NCBI RefSeq assembly: GCF_030028105.1
Contig: NC_092393.1
Coordinates: forward strand, 54,880,125 to 54,944,124
Source: Mobula birostris
Lineage: Eukaryota
Direction of reading: 5' to 3'
DNA: 64,000 bases
A model generated the notes under the pieces. The model did not search any database, was not told the DNA's origin, and was given only the letters and a program-made list of their open reading frames with translations. Position numbers and translations under genes: made by a program. Positions 39,553 through 51,809 of the stretch are shown piece after piece. Each line of letters starts with the position of its first letter. Position 1 is the first letter of the stretch.

Positions 39553-41154
39553 CTATAATTTTGCACTATTTTTAATTTTATCATTTAATATACATAATTG
39601 AATTTTTTCTCTATATTGCATTGAACTGCTGCTGCTAAGTTAACAAATTTCATGATATATGCTGGTGATAATAAACCTGATTCTCATTCTGAGTCTGGGT
39701 CCTCTGGTCTTAGACTCCCCCAGCAGCAGAAACGTCTACTCTATCTAGGGCTTTCACCATTCGATAGGTTTCAACGAGAACCCCCCCTACCCCGTTCAGC
39801 CCCAGAGCTGTCAAACACTCCTCATATACGCATGGTATCTCTCCTGCCTTGGGGGTGGGGGGGAGGGGGAACAGAACCAGGGATCACTGTCTCAAAATTC
39901 AAGAGGGGGGGCTTTCAGGACAGAATTGGGCAGAACTTCATTCACCAGAGGCTTGGAATTATCTTCCCAGGAGGGGTTTGAGCTACTGCGTTCATTCAGG
40001 AGGGAGATCGATGGGTTTTTGGGTATTAAGGGACATGGGCTTGATGCACGGAAGCTGGAACTGGGTTACTAATCCCACAAGTGCCACGATACAGTGAAAT
40101 GCCTGCCCTGCATCGTTATTTCTTTATTGAGTGAAACAATGCAGAACAGGCCATGAGCTGCTCTGCCCAACCTCCTACTTAACCCTACCCTAACCACGGG
40201 ACAATTTACAATGGCCAACTAACCTGCTAACCGGTACGTCCTTGGACTGTGGGAGGAAACCGGAGCGCCCAGAGGAGACCCCCGTGCATTCTCCTTACAG
40301 ACAGCGCCAGAACCAAACTCCAACATCCGCCACGGCCCAAGCTGCAACTGACCTGCGTCAACGGCGACACCACCACGGTCGAACCGCCACTCCGTGCGTC
40401 GAGCTACAACCGGGTAAGTCAATAACGATGCCCCAAAGGTGGGCGGGCCTTGTTACTGAACGGCAGGCCAGGCACAAGGGGCTGAATAGCCTCCCTGTGT
40501 TTCCACGTACTGTACGGGGGCAGCAGAGTAGTGTGGCAGCTAGCGTAATGCTTTTACAGCACTGGTGCCCGGGTTCAATTCCCACCGCCGTTTGTAAGCG
40601 GTTTGCACGCTCTCCCCCATGCCCGCTTGGGTTTCCCCCGACGTTCCGAAGGCCACACGGGCAGCGTGGGTTCATTGGGCCAGAAAGCCCTGTTTTCATG
40701 CTAGATCTCTAAATGCATAAATAAAATCAGTAAATCCCATGTTCGTTAAAAAGATTACCTTGGATATCCTTCACTCGGGCGTTTCCCGATCTCCATCTCC
40801 TCACATCCTCACCACTGTAATTCCTGAATGAGCAACACCTTCCAGTCCTTGTCTGGACTGGGTCAATCCTCGTTCCTCCCCACCTTTCCCCCTTCAGGAA
40901 CATCCATCCTCCCTTTCCACAACTCACCAAGGCTTGGACTTCCCACAGTTTCTTTGCTTCCTAACCCCTCAGGCTGTCAACCATTAGGTTCTTGAAATGA
41001 CCCGCACATCCCTAATTCTACCTCAGCAATGTAGAACTACTGACCACCTCGAACACTAACATGGACTGGTCTCTAATTGTGCGTTTCATTTCCACCGATT
41101 TCTGGTGGTTTTACAGTTTTGTTTTGTTCTTCATTGTCTTAAATAATTTATGTA

Positions 41155-41714
41155 TACTCAGTGGCCACTTTATTAGGTCCCTCCTGTATCTAATAAAGTG
41201 GCCACTGAGTGTATGTTTGTGGTTTTCTGCTGCTGTAACCCATCCATTTCAAGGTTTGATGTGCTGTGCATTCAGAGATGCTCTACACCACTGTTGTAAC
41301 GTGTGGTTATTTGAGTTACTGTCACCTTCCTGCCAGCTTGAACCAGTCTGGCCATTCTCCTCTGACCTCTCTCATTAACAAGGCACTTTTGCCCACAGAA
41401 CTATCGCTCACTGGATAACTTTGTTTCTTGACCATTCTCTGTAAACTCTACAGATTGCTGTGCGTGAAAATCCCAGGAGGTAAGCAGCTTCTGAAATACT
41501 CAAACCACCCTGTCTGGCACCAACAATCATTCCCCTGTCAAAGTCACTTAGATCACATTTCTTCCCCCATTCTGATGCCTCATCTGATTAACAACTGAAC
41601 CTCTTGACCGGGTCGGCGTGCTCTTATGCACTGAGTTGCTGCAAGATGATTGGCTGCTTCTATACTTGCATTAACGAGGTGTACAGGTGCATCCAATAAA
41701 GTGGCCACCGAGTG
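41155..41714. mobile_element. Tc1-like non-autonomous DNA transposon with an extra internal TIR
   Basis: TA-flanked TIR actcagtggccactttatt...aataaagtggccaccgagtg. A third TIR copy at 41190-41210. Confidence 0.75.
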
Positions 41715-43199
41715 TAGATTTTATTTACAGTTTGCGCTCTGCGTGTCGTCTGTGAAGCTGCTGCTGCCAGCTTTTCATTGTCCCTCACCGTACTTGTCCT
41801 CACAACAAACCCAACCGGACCAGCCTCAGAGACCCGAGAGACTGTCCACGTTGGAATCTGGAGCAGTAGCCAATCTGCCGGTGGAACTCAGCGGGTCGAG
41901 CAGCATCGTGAGGGGAAAGGAACTGTCAATGTTTATATTCAGAAAGGTGCTGGCAAAAGGCCAGTAACAACATGAAGGATCCCACCCACCCTGCTCATAG
42001 ACTCCCATCAGGGAGGAGGCTACGTAGCATCCACAACAGGACCACTAGACCAGGAAACCTCAAGCAGTGAGGCTGATCAACACCTCCACCCACTAACCCA
42101 TCCCTCGACACCCCCAATCACCACTACTTTATCATTTCCTGTCAGTCGCCTTATGTACAGACACTCCTGTGCCTAGTGTCACTTTATGGACACACAATCA
42201 ATCTGTATATACTGTATAAGCTATCCTGTGTATTTACAATAATTGTGTTTTCGTATAATTATTGTGTTCTTTATCTTTTGTGGGTTTTTTTAGGCTGCAT
42301 CAGATCGGAAGTAACAGTTATTTCATTCGCCTTAACACTTGTACAGGAAATTACTTTAAACAATCTTGAATCTCTCTCTCTGTAACCTTTAACGAATTAA
42401 GTGTCTATCAATGTCTGCTATTAATACACCCAAGGGCTTGGCTTCTACAGTCGCCTGTGGCAATGAATTCCACAGATTCAACACCTTCTGGCTAAAGAAA
42501 TTCCTCCTCATCTCCGTTCTAAATGGATATCTCTCTATTCTGAGGCTGTGTCCTCTGGTCTTCGACTCCCCCACCATAGAAAACGTCCCCTCCACACCTC
42601 CACTCTATCTAGGCCTTTCAACATTCAATAGGTTTCAATGAGATCTTGCCTTATTCTTTCAAACTCCAATGAGTACAGGCCCAGAGCCATGAAACACTCC
42701 TGATACGTTAAGCCCTTTCATTCCAAAAGATCATTCTCATAATCCCTGCTCTGGACCCTCTCCAGTGCCAGCACATCCTTTTGTAGATATGGGGCCTAAA
42801 ACTGCTCACAATACTCTAAGTGTTGAGGCCTGCTCCACACCTCAACAGGAACTCGTCCTCACCCCCCCACAAACACCAGAGTCTGGATGAAGACAGAACA
42901 CATTCCAGGGGCCTGGTCAGACGCGGCCTCCCTCACAGGCCTCCCCCTTCTGGTATCTTTCATTTTGGGGGCTTTGGGGGCAGGAGATGCTGCTGAAACC
43001 CCGCTCTCCAGGTAAAGCACCAGCCACAGTGTCCAGCTCACTTGGAATCCAAGTGGACGCAATGATCTGGTGGGAATGTAGACGAGGGACTGTTGTGCTG
43101 TGCGGAAGGGCGTGGAGTAGACAGGCGCGGATCACAGCTCCTGCAAGGCTTCACAGGGGTGAGAGCAGAAGGTCACAGCAGGCGCGGCCTCTTACCTAC

Positions 43200-43356
43200 C
43201 TTCACCTGCTCCGGAGTGTAATACTGCGGCTTCCAGTCCGGAATCCAGCCCATCCCGGGCTCCCCGTTCCCAAACTTCTCACAGAAGACCCCGTACTGGG
43301 GGTGGGAATGTCCACACCGATGCGGATCGTGGAAGGCCACGTACAGAAAGAATGGC
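43200..43356 (-). CDS. SGSH: SGSH exon 5
   Basis: cag|G CCA...AAG|gtagg, 157 nt: [52 protein letters not shown]. Confidence 0.96.
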
Positions 43357-43399
43357 CTGAGGCAAAAAAAACACACGGGGAGGGGGGTATTTAAACAGA

Positions 43400-44490
43400 G
43401 TCCTGAGACGCAGGCCCAGGGAGGTGGACACCCCCCACACTGAGACGCAGGCCCAGGGAGGTGGACACCCCCACACCGAGACACAGGCCCAGGGAGGTGG
43501 ACACCCCCACACCGAGACGCAGGCCCAGGACCGAGACGCAGGCCCAGGGAGGTGGACACTCCCCACACTGAGACGCAGGGCCAGGGAGGTGGACACTCCC
43601 CACACTGAGACGCAGGGCCAGGGAGGTGGACACTCCCCACACTGAGACGCAGGGCCAGGGAGGGAGACACCTCTTCTACAACGAGACGCAGGCCCAGGGA
43701 GGGAGACACCCCCACACCGATTCGCAGGGCCAGGGAGGGAGACACCCCCACACCGAGACGCAGGCCCAGGGAGGGAGACACCCCCACACCGAGACGCAGG
43801 CCCAGGGAGGTGGACACCCCCCACACCGAGACGCAGGCCCAGTGAGGGATACACTTCCACACCGAGACGCAGGTCCAGGGAGGGAGACACACCCCACACA
43901 CCGAGACGCAGGCCCAGGGAGGGAGACACGCCCCCCACACTGAGACGCAGGTCCAGGGAGGTGGACACCCCCACACTGAGACGCAGGCCCAGGGAGGTGG
44001 ACACCCCCCACACCGAGACGCAGGCCCAGGGAGGTGGACACCCCCCACACCGAGACGCAGGCCCAGGGAGGGAGACACCTCCACACCGAGACGCAGGTCC
44101 AGGGAGGGAGACACCTCCACACCGAGACGCAGGTCCAGGGAGGGAGACACCCCCCCCCCCCACACTGAGACGCAGGCCCAGGGAGGGAGACACCCCCCCC
44201 CCACACTGAGACGCAGGTCCAGGGAGGGAGACACCTCCACACCGAGACGCAGGTCCAGGGAGGGAGACACACCCCACACACCGAGACGCAGGTCCAGGGA
44301 GGGAGACACCCCCCCCCCACACTGAGACACAGGCCCAGGGAGGGAGACACCTCCACACCGAGACGCAGGTCCAGGGAGGGAGACACACCCCACACACCGA
44401 GACGCAGGTCCAGGGAGGGAGACACACCCCACACACCGAGACGCAGGCCCAGGGAGGGAGACACACCCCACACTGAGACGCAGGCCCAGG
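43400..44490. repeat. GC-rich minisatellite (about 35-42-bp unit, about 29 copies) in SGSH intron 4
   Basis: Unit gagacgcaggcccagggagggagacacccccacacc with variable C-run. Confidence 0.96.
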
Positions 44491-45225
44491 CAGCAGAGGG
44501 CGAATAGGCCCTGGGAGAGGCCACCCTCATGCCAAGGTGGGTGAATAAGCCCAGGGAGGGAGGGGGGGGAAGCACCCATTTTCGAAAGCACACGCACAAG
44601 GAAGAGTAAAATCTCTCACCAAGACAGTTCAAGACATATCGTTGGCTGACAGTCACAGTTGTACACACGCCCCCCCCCAGTGAGTCAGAATACCCCCCCA
44701 CACCGAAACACACGTCGGGATGCAGAGGAGATTAGTAGGATGCTGCTGGGATTGGACAGCATGTCTTACGAGGACAGGCTGGGCGAGGGCTTTTCTCTTC
44801 AGAGAGCTGCCTTGATAGAAGTGTACAAGATGATGAGAGGCATCGGTCAGGTGGGCAGAGAGACATTTTCCCCGAGCGGGAATTCAGGGGGTATAACCTT
44901 AAGGTGATTGGAGGAAAGTACAAGAGTGGATGACAGAGGTAGTTTTTTTTAAAAAACACAGAGTGTGGTGGGCACATGGAACGAGCTGGGGAGGTGGTAG
45001 AGGCAGATATATTAATCTACGAAGCACTTAGAGAGGCACATGGATGATAGACAAAGTGTTACTCACCTTGGAGCGGGTTAAAGGGCTAGCACAGCATTAT
45101 GGACCGAAGGGGCTGTGTTGCGTTGCACTGCTCAGTGCTCTGTCTCCCCCCAGGGGCGCACTGAGAGTGTGCTGCCCCCACCGTCAGTCGGACAAGCCCA
45201 CCCGGTCTGGGGCCACTGCACCCAC

Positions 45226-45376
45226 CTGCTGCCCGTGTCCCGCAGGAAGGTCCTGACCAGCAGTTTGATCCGGGTGATGTTCCGGCCCACCTGCAGGATG
45301 GAATGGTTCTCCTCGGTCTGCGCGTCGTCGAAGGGGTAGACGGACTCCGGCCCAATGTGCTTCTTCCCGATTATCC
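45226..45376 (-). CDS. SGSH: SGSH exon 4
   Basis: cag|GG...AG|gtggg, 151 nt: [50 protein letters not shown](R). Contains the sulfatase GKKH motif. Confidence 0.96.
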
Positions 45377-46419
45377 CTGAGCGAGCAAAGGGAATGTCAG
45401 GAAGTGCGTCGTCCCGGTGGAGAGGCAGCAACACCGCTGGGTGGGGGCTTGGAATTCGGAAGCCCCCACTCTGCACGGGAGAACTGGCATAGGAGGGGCA
45501 AACACGGTAACACGCAGAGCCTGGCCTCTGCAGCCCAACGTACAAGCCACAGTGCCTTGCATGTAGAACGTGTGTCCAGTATACTAGCATGCAAGCCAGA
45601 ACGCGTTGTGTCAAGGATTATTCCTGAGTTATGACATTAGAGGTACCATAATTGGCCTCCTACCCTGCCTGTCTCCACCCCCCAGTGACCATCCTCCATC
45701 CCTTTCTCCCATGGTCCAGTCTCCCTCTCCTATCAAATTCCTCCTTCTCCACCCGCCTGGCTTCACCCACCACCTTCCAGCTCTCCTCCTTCCCCTCCCC
45801 ACACCGTTTTATTCTGGAACCTTCCTGAAGGAGAGTCTCTGTCACAATGTCGACGGTTCATTCCTCTCCACAGACGCTGCCCGACCTGCTGGGTTCCTAC
45901 TGTTTTTTTTTGAGATACAGCATGGAATAAGCCCCTCCAGCCTTTCGAGGCGTGCCGCCCAGCAATTAACCTCGAATTAACCCCAACCAATTAACTTACC
46001 AACCAGTAGGTCTTTGGACTGTGGGAGGAAACCGGAGCACCAACGCGGTCACGGGGAGAACGTACAAACTCCTTACAGGCAGCGGTGGGAATCGAACCCG
46101 GGTCGCTGGTACCGTGAAGGGTTGTACTAACCGCTTGGCTACTGTGCTGCCCCAACATGGGGCAGATGCTGGAGATCCAGCACAACAGAGCGCACGTGTC
46201 CTGGATTTCCAGACCCTGCACAACCTCTTCAGCTTGTAACTACGGACGAACTAAAATGAGAACCAGTCTTCAGGAGTTAAAACCCGTTCACAAATTCTAA
46301 ATGATACTTTGAGAGCATGACGTTCTACTGTTCCTGCTATCAGCAAATTGTTGAGGGTGTATCCCTGCTATTTAAAGGCACAGTGTAGGAGAGATCTGTT
46401 TTAGCACCTAACCTTCTGA

Positions 46420-47460
46420 TAAATTAATTTTCAATCTCTCACTGCTACAGTTGGAAGTTCCCTCTTGCTTGAAAAGGGCAACAATTATAGTCATGCCCGG
46501 GAAGAGTAATGTGAGCTGCCTTAATGCCTATTGTCCAGTATCAGTCACTTCGACAGTGATGAAGTGCTTTGAGAGGTTGGTCATGTTTAAAATCAACTCC
46601 TGCCCCAGCAAGGACCTGGAGCCACTGCACCTTGCCTCTCGTCACAATCGGTCTATGACGGACGCAATCTCAATGGCTCTTCACACGGCCTTAGATCACC
46701 TGGACAATGCAAACACCTACGTCAGGATGCTGTTTACTGACTGTAGCTCAGAGTTTAACGCCATCATTCCTATAGTCCTGATCGAAAAGCTACAGAACCT
46801 GGGCCTCTGTACCTCCCTCTGCAACTGGATCCCTGGTTTCCTAACCGGAAGTCCACAATCAGTGCAGATTGGCGATAACATCTCCTCCTCGCTGACAATC
46901 AACACTGGCGCACCTCAGGGGTGTGTGCTTAGCCCACTGCTCTACTCTCTATGTACCCATGACTGTGTGGCCAGGCACAGCTCAAATACCATCTATAAAT
47001 TTGCTGATGATACAAACATTATTGGCAGAATCTCAGGTGGTCGTACAGGAGCAAGATACACCAGCTAGTGGAGTGGTGTCACAGCAACAACCATGTACTC
47101 CACATCAGCCAGACCAAAGAGCTGATTGTGGATTTCAGGAAGGGTAAAAAGAGGGGACACGAACCAATCCTTATAGAGGAATCAGAAGTGGAGAGAGTGT
47201 ATAATTTCAAGATCCTGATTGTCAGGATCTCTGAGGATCTAACCTGGTCCCAACATCCCAACATATCGATGCAGTTATAAAGAAGACAGCGGCTATATTT
47301 CATTAGCAGTTTGATTTGTCACATAAAGCACTGAAAGACTTCTCTAGGTGTACCATGGAGAGCTTTCTGACGGGCTGCATCATTGACTCGTATGTGGGGG
47401 TGGGGACGGGGAGGCTACTCCACAGGACTGAAAGAAGCTACAGAAAGTTGTAGAATTCAT
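46420..47460 (+). mobile_element. Rex/Babar-type LINE RT fragment, split by a CR1 (47462-48212, minus); 3' part apparently resumes at 48213-48620
   Basis: ORF 46451-47068 [11 protein letters not shown]...[12 protein letters not shown]...[16 protein letters not shown]...KFADDT. Confidence 0.88.
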
Positions 47461-50094
47461 CATAGAAACATAGAAAACCTACAGCACAATACAGGCCCTT
47501 CGGCCCTCAAAGCTGTGCCGAACATGTCCTTACCTTAGAACCACTTAGGCTTTACCCATAGCCCTCTATTTTTCTAACTCCTTGTGGCCATCCAGGAGTC
47601 TCTTAAAAGACCCTATCGTATCCGCCTCCACCACCGCCGGCAGCCCATTCCACGCACTCACCACTCTCTGCGTAAAAAACTTACCCCGACATCCTCTCTG
47701 TACCTAATTCAAAGCAACTTAAAACTATGTCCTCTTGTGCTAGCAATTTCAGCCCTGGGGAAAAGCCTCTGACTATCCACACGATCAATGCCTCTCATTA
47801 TCTTATACACCTCTATCAAACCATCTCTCATCCTCCGTCGCTCCAAGGAGAAAAGGCTGAGTTCACTCTACCTATTCTCATAAAGCATGCTCCCCAATCC
47901 AGGCAACATCCTTGTAAATCTCCTCTGCACCCTTTCTATGGTTTCCACATCTTTCCTGTAGTGAGGCGACCAGAACTGAGCACAGTACTCCAAGTGGGGT
48001 CTGACCAGGGTTCTAAATAGCTGCAATATTACCTCTTGGCTCTTAAACTCAATCCCATGACTGATGAAGGCCAATGCACCGTATGCTTCCTTAACCACAG
48101 AGTCAACCTGCACAGCAGCTTTGAGTGTCCTATGGACCTGGACCCCAAGATCCCTCTGATCCTCCACATTGCCAAGAGTCTTACCATTAATACAATATTC
48201 CGACATCATATTTGACCAACAAATTGGGTACTAGCCTCCGTAGTGTCCAAGACATCTTCAAGGAACAGTGCCTCAGAAAGGTGGCATCCATTATCAAGGA
48301 CCCCCATCACCCAGGACATGCCCTCTTCTCAATCTTACTGTCAGGGAGGAGGTACGGAAGCCTGAAGGCACACACTCAGCGATTCAGGAACAGCTTCTTT
48401 CCATCTGCCACGCGATTCCTAAATGGACATTGTACCCATGAGCACTACACTGTGTTTATCATTTCTGTTTTTGCACTATTTTTAATTTAACTAATTAACA
48501 TACATATAATCACTGTAACGTACTTACTTATTTCTATATTTATTATGTATTTCATTGTACTGCTGCCGCAAAGTTAACTGATTTCACAACATGTGCCAGT
48601 GATATTAAACCTGACTAATTCTAATTGCATATTCAGGAAGCCATTGCTCAACATGCTTACAAAGAAAAGGGCTATATTTTGGGTGTCTGGTTTTTGGAAC
48701 ATACACTGATATAGAATAGTCAAAGAGATTCTGTTAGTTGGGATGTGGCTCCATTAATTTTCGATAAATTTATCTGACAATACTTACATTGTTAAAGTAG
48801 GTGATTGTAACGATTGAAACTGTAGTTCATTATTGTTTTCTTTGTGTTGATGAAGTATAGAGCATCCTGTCGAGAGAGCGAGATCCTGTTGGGAATCTCC
48901 CGGACTCGCTCTCTTTTGGAGGTTTGCCGCGCAAGTAAAGACTTCCATGTATCCCCGGTTACAAGTTCCACGTGGTTCAGTTATCAGTCACAACACTGCG
49001 TACGGATAGAAAATGGCCAGGAGCCCAACGCAAGCAGGAACGCACACCCACCTGAGCGTGTTGCACGCACAGTAGCCGGTAGGTGACACACGGCACAGCA
49101 CACTGGGTGCCACAGTTAATGTGAAGCTACTACAGCTCGGGCCATTCCGCAGTTCCAATTCCACTCGTCGTTCCGTAAGGAGTCTCTGTACGTCCTCCCC
49201 GTGGAGCGCGTGGGTTTTCCCCGGGTGCTGTGGTTTCCTCCCACAGCCCAAACACGTACTGGGTAGGTTAATGGACGGAGGAGATGATGGCGGCGCGACG
49301 CAGCTCGCAGCGGCCACTCCGGTGGTGATATCTATTATCTGTCAAGTAGGGTGCCGTGCACAATCCTGATTTGATGGAGACGGACGTGACAGCATGGAGG
49401 AACATCTGGAGAAACTTCTGCAATGCCTCCTTCACTGCTGTTGCTACTGTGTGGTCCAGAACCTCCGGAGGGGAAGGCCCCAAGTCCTTGGCTTTGCTTG
49501 TTGCTCGGCGACCAGGGTGGGGTCAAATCGCTCGGCAGAGGATGGTGCTCGGTGTCGGAGAGGCTGGTCGGAGGCTCGAAGTTTTCGGACGGACTCAGAG
49601 TCCCTTGTGGTCGGGTGCTTCCAATGGTGCTGCACTTGGAGGTTCATGGCAGGGAGGGTTTCTCCCTTCTATAGTCATAGTCATACTTTACTGATCCCGG
49701 GGGAAATTGCGTGAGATGTTGGGGCTATTGGGACTTCCAGACTTTTTTTTAACCATGTCCATGGTCTGCTCTTTATCAAATTATGGTATTGTTTTGCACT
49801 GTTGTAACTATATGTTATAATTAAAGCAACACACATAAAAGTTGCTGGTGAACGCAGCAGGACAGGCAGCATCTCTAGGAAGCGGTACAGTCAACATTTC
49901 AGGCCGAGACCTTTCGTCAGAACCCTTCATTATAATTATGTGGTTTTGTCAGTTTTAGTCTTGGTTTGTCCTGTGTTTTCTTGTGATATCTCTCTGGAGG
50001 AACATTGTATCATTTTTTAATGCATGCATCTCTAAACGACAATAAACGAGGACTGAGTGTCCTCATAATCTAAAAAAAAAATTGGTCATTGTAA

Positions 50095-50312
50095 ATTGGG
50101 CCACGGGTGTAATTGGGCACACGGGTGTAATTGGGCACACGGGTGTAATTGGGCACACGGGTGTAATTGGGCCACGGGTGTAATTGGGCACACGGGTGTA
50201 ATTGGGCACACGGGTGTAATTGGGCACACGGGTGTAATTGGGCCACGGGTGTAATTGGGCCACGGGTGTAATTGGGCACACGGGTGTAATTGGGCACACG
50301 GGTGTAATTGGG
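50095..50312. repeat. 17/18-bp tandem repeat (gggtgtaattgggcacac), about 12 copies
   Basis: Direct tandem array about 80 bp beyond the SGSH exon 3 donor. Unit resembles SINE-internal sequence. Confidence 0.95.
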
Positions 50313-50393
50313 CGGCGCGGGGTCATTGGGTCAAAGGGGACTGCTACAGCACGGTCTCCCCAAGTAAAAATAGATAACGTTCAAGACCCTCAC

Positions 50394-50499
50394 CGGTTCT
50401 GATCCCAGCCTGACTGAGCAGCATTGGTAAACTCCGGACACCATCGAAGGAATTGAAGTGGTGAACGCCTTGGTGCAGTCCATACATTCCATTCTGATG
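50394..50499 (-). CDS. SGSH: SGSH exon 3
   Basis: tag|CAT...ACC G|gtgag, 106 nt: [35 protein letters not shown]. Confidence 0.96.
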
Positions 50500-50502
50500 C
50501 TA

Positions 50503-51400
50503 TCAAAGTTCAAAGTAACTTTTATTATCAGAGTACAGTCCGTCACCACATACAACCCCTGAGATTCTCTTCCTGCAGACATACTTAACAGATCTATAGA
50601 ACAGTAACTGTAAACAGGATGAACAACAAGCTGTGCAAATGCAGATATAAATAAATAGCAATAAATAACGAGCATGAAATAACAAGATAAAAAAAGTCCT
50701 TGAATGAGTCTTTTGCTCAAGAGCCTGATGGTTGAAGTGTAGTAATTGTTCTTGAACCTGGTGGTGAGAGTCCTGAGGCACTTATCCCTCAATGGCAGCA
50801 GCGAGAAAGGAGCATGGCCTGAGTGGTGAGGATCTTTGACAATGGACGCTGCTTTCCTATGGCAGCATTTCATGTAGATGTGCTCAATGGTTGGGAGGGC
50901 TTCACCTGTGATGTACTGGGCCGAATCCACTACCTTTTGTAGGATTCTCTGCTCAAAGGCACTGGCATCCCCACACCCAGCCCCACTGGCGTTCCCACAA
51001 CCGACCCCCACTGGCGTTCCCACACCCGGCCACATTGAAGTTCCCAGTTTCCCACGCCAGGCCCCACTGGCGTTCACATGTCCGGCCCCACTGGCGCCCC
51101 CACACCTGCCCCCCACTGGCGTCCCCACACCTGCCCCCCACTGGCGTTCCCACACTCGGCCCCCACTGGCGTTCCCTCGCCCGCCCCCACTGGCGTTCCC
51201 AGTTTCCCACGTCCAGCCCCACTGGCATTCCCATGCCTGGCTCCATTGGCGTTCCCACGCCCGGCCCCAATGGCACTCAACCACTCAGCAACTTTCCACC
51301 ACACACCTATATAGAAGTTTGCCAGAGTTTTTGACAACATACTGCATCTCAGCAGACTCCTGAGGAAGTTGAGGCGTGACTGAGCGCTGAGTACAGGAAG
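50503..51400 (-). mobile_element. Rex/Babar-type LINE 3' end containing a roughly 28-bp minisatellite (50960-51270)
   Basis: LQKVVDSAQYITG...IVKDPHHSGHAPFSLLP...TTRFKNNYY C-terminus and (CTTTGAA)n tail ending 3 nt before SGSH exon 3. Internal repeat ccccactggcgttcccacac. Confidence 0.85.
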
Positions 51401-51639
51401 TACTGAGCACAAAACAAACATTCAGATCCCTGCAGTGTTATCTCTTTGTCCCCGTCACATGGGTCTGCGTGAGCACCGACCCACCCACAACCCACCACAA
51501 GGGCCTGTGCAATGCTCTGTGACCTGAGCTTGTGTGCGCGAGCGTGTCCCCTTCACACCGGCCTGCGTGCACGAGAGGCACTCCCCCCATCACGGGATCC
51601 TGCGTGCGCTTGAGACCCCCAGCCCGCGTGTTAGCGTAC

Positions 51640-51800
51640 CTGCGGCAGCCCGGTGAGAATGGCAGAGCGGCTGGGCGAGCAGCTGCTGACGGACGAGAAG
51701 GCGTTGTTGAAGATGACGCTGCGTTCTGCCAGCCGGTTCAGGTTGGGCGTCCTGATGGCCGTGTTGTTGTACACCTCGCTCTCGAACCCGGCGTCGTCAG
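51640..51800 (-). CDS. SGSH: SGSH exon 2 (metal-binding DD and CSPSR formylglycine motif)
   Basis: cag|CT GAC GAC...CAG|gtacg, 161 nt: (A)[53 protein letters not shown]. Confidence 0.97.
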
Positions 51801-51809
51801 CTGTGGGAA

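Noticed and set aside
43400-44490. CRISPR-like look of this and the arrays at 62220 and 63300
   Set aside because: Inter-repeat segments are length variants of the same sequence, not unique spacers. No cas genes, and the context is vertebrate.
43173-44713. 474-, 395- and 345-aa ORFs
   Set aside because: Stop-free read-through of a minisatellite. Only 43200-43356 is real (SGSH exon 5).
50331-51284. 317-aa ORF
   Set aside because: Mosaic of minisatellite, LINE C-terminus and an off-frame pass through SGSH exon 3.
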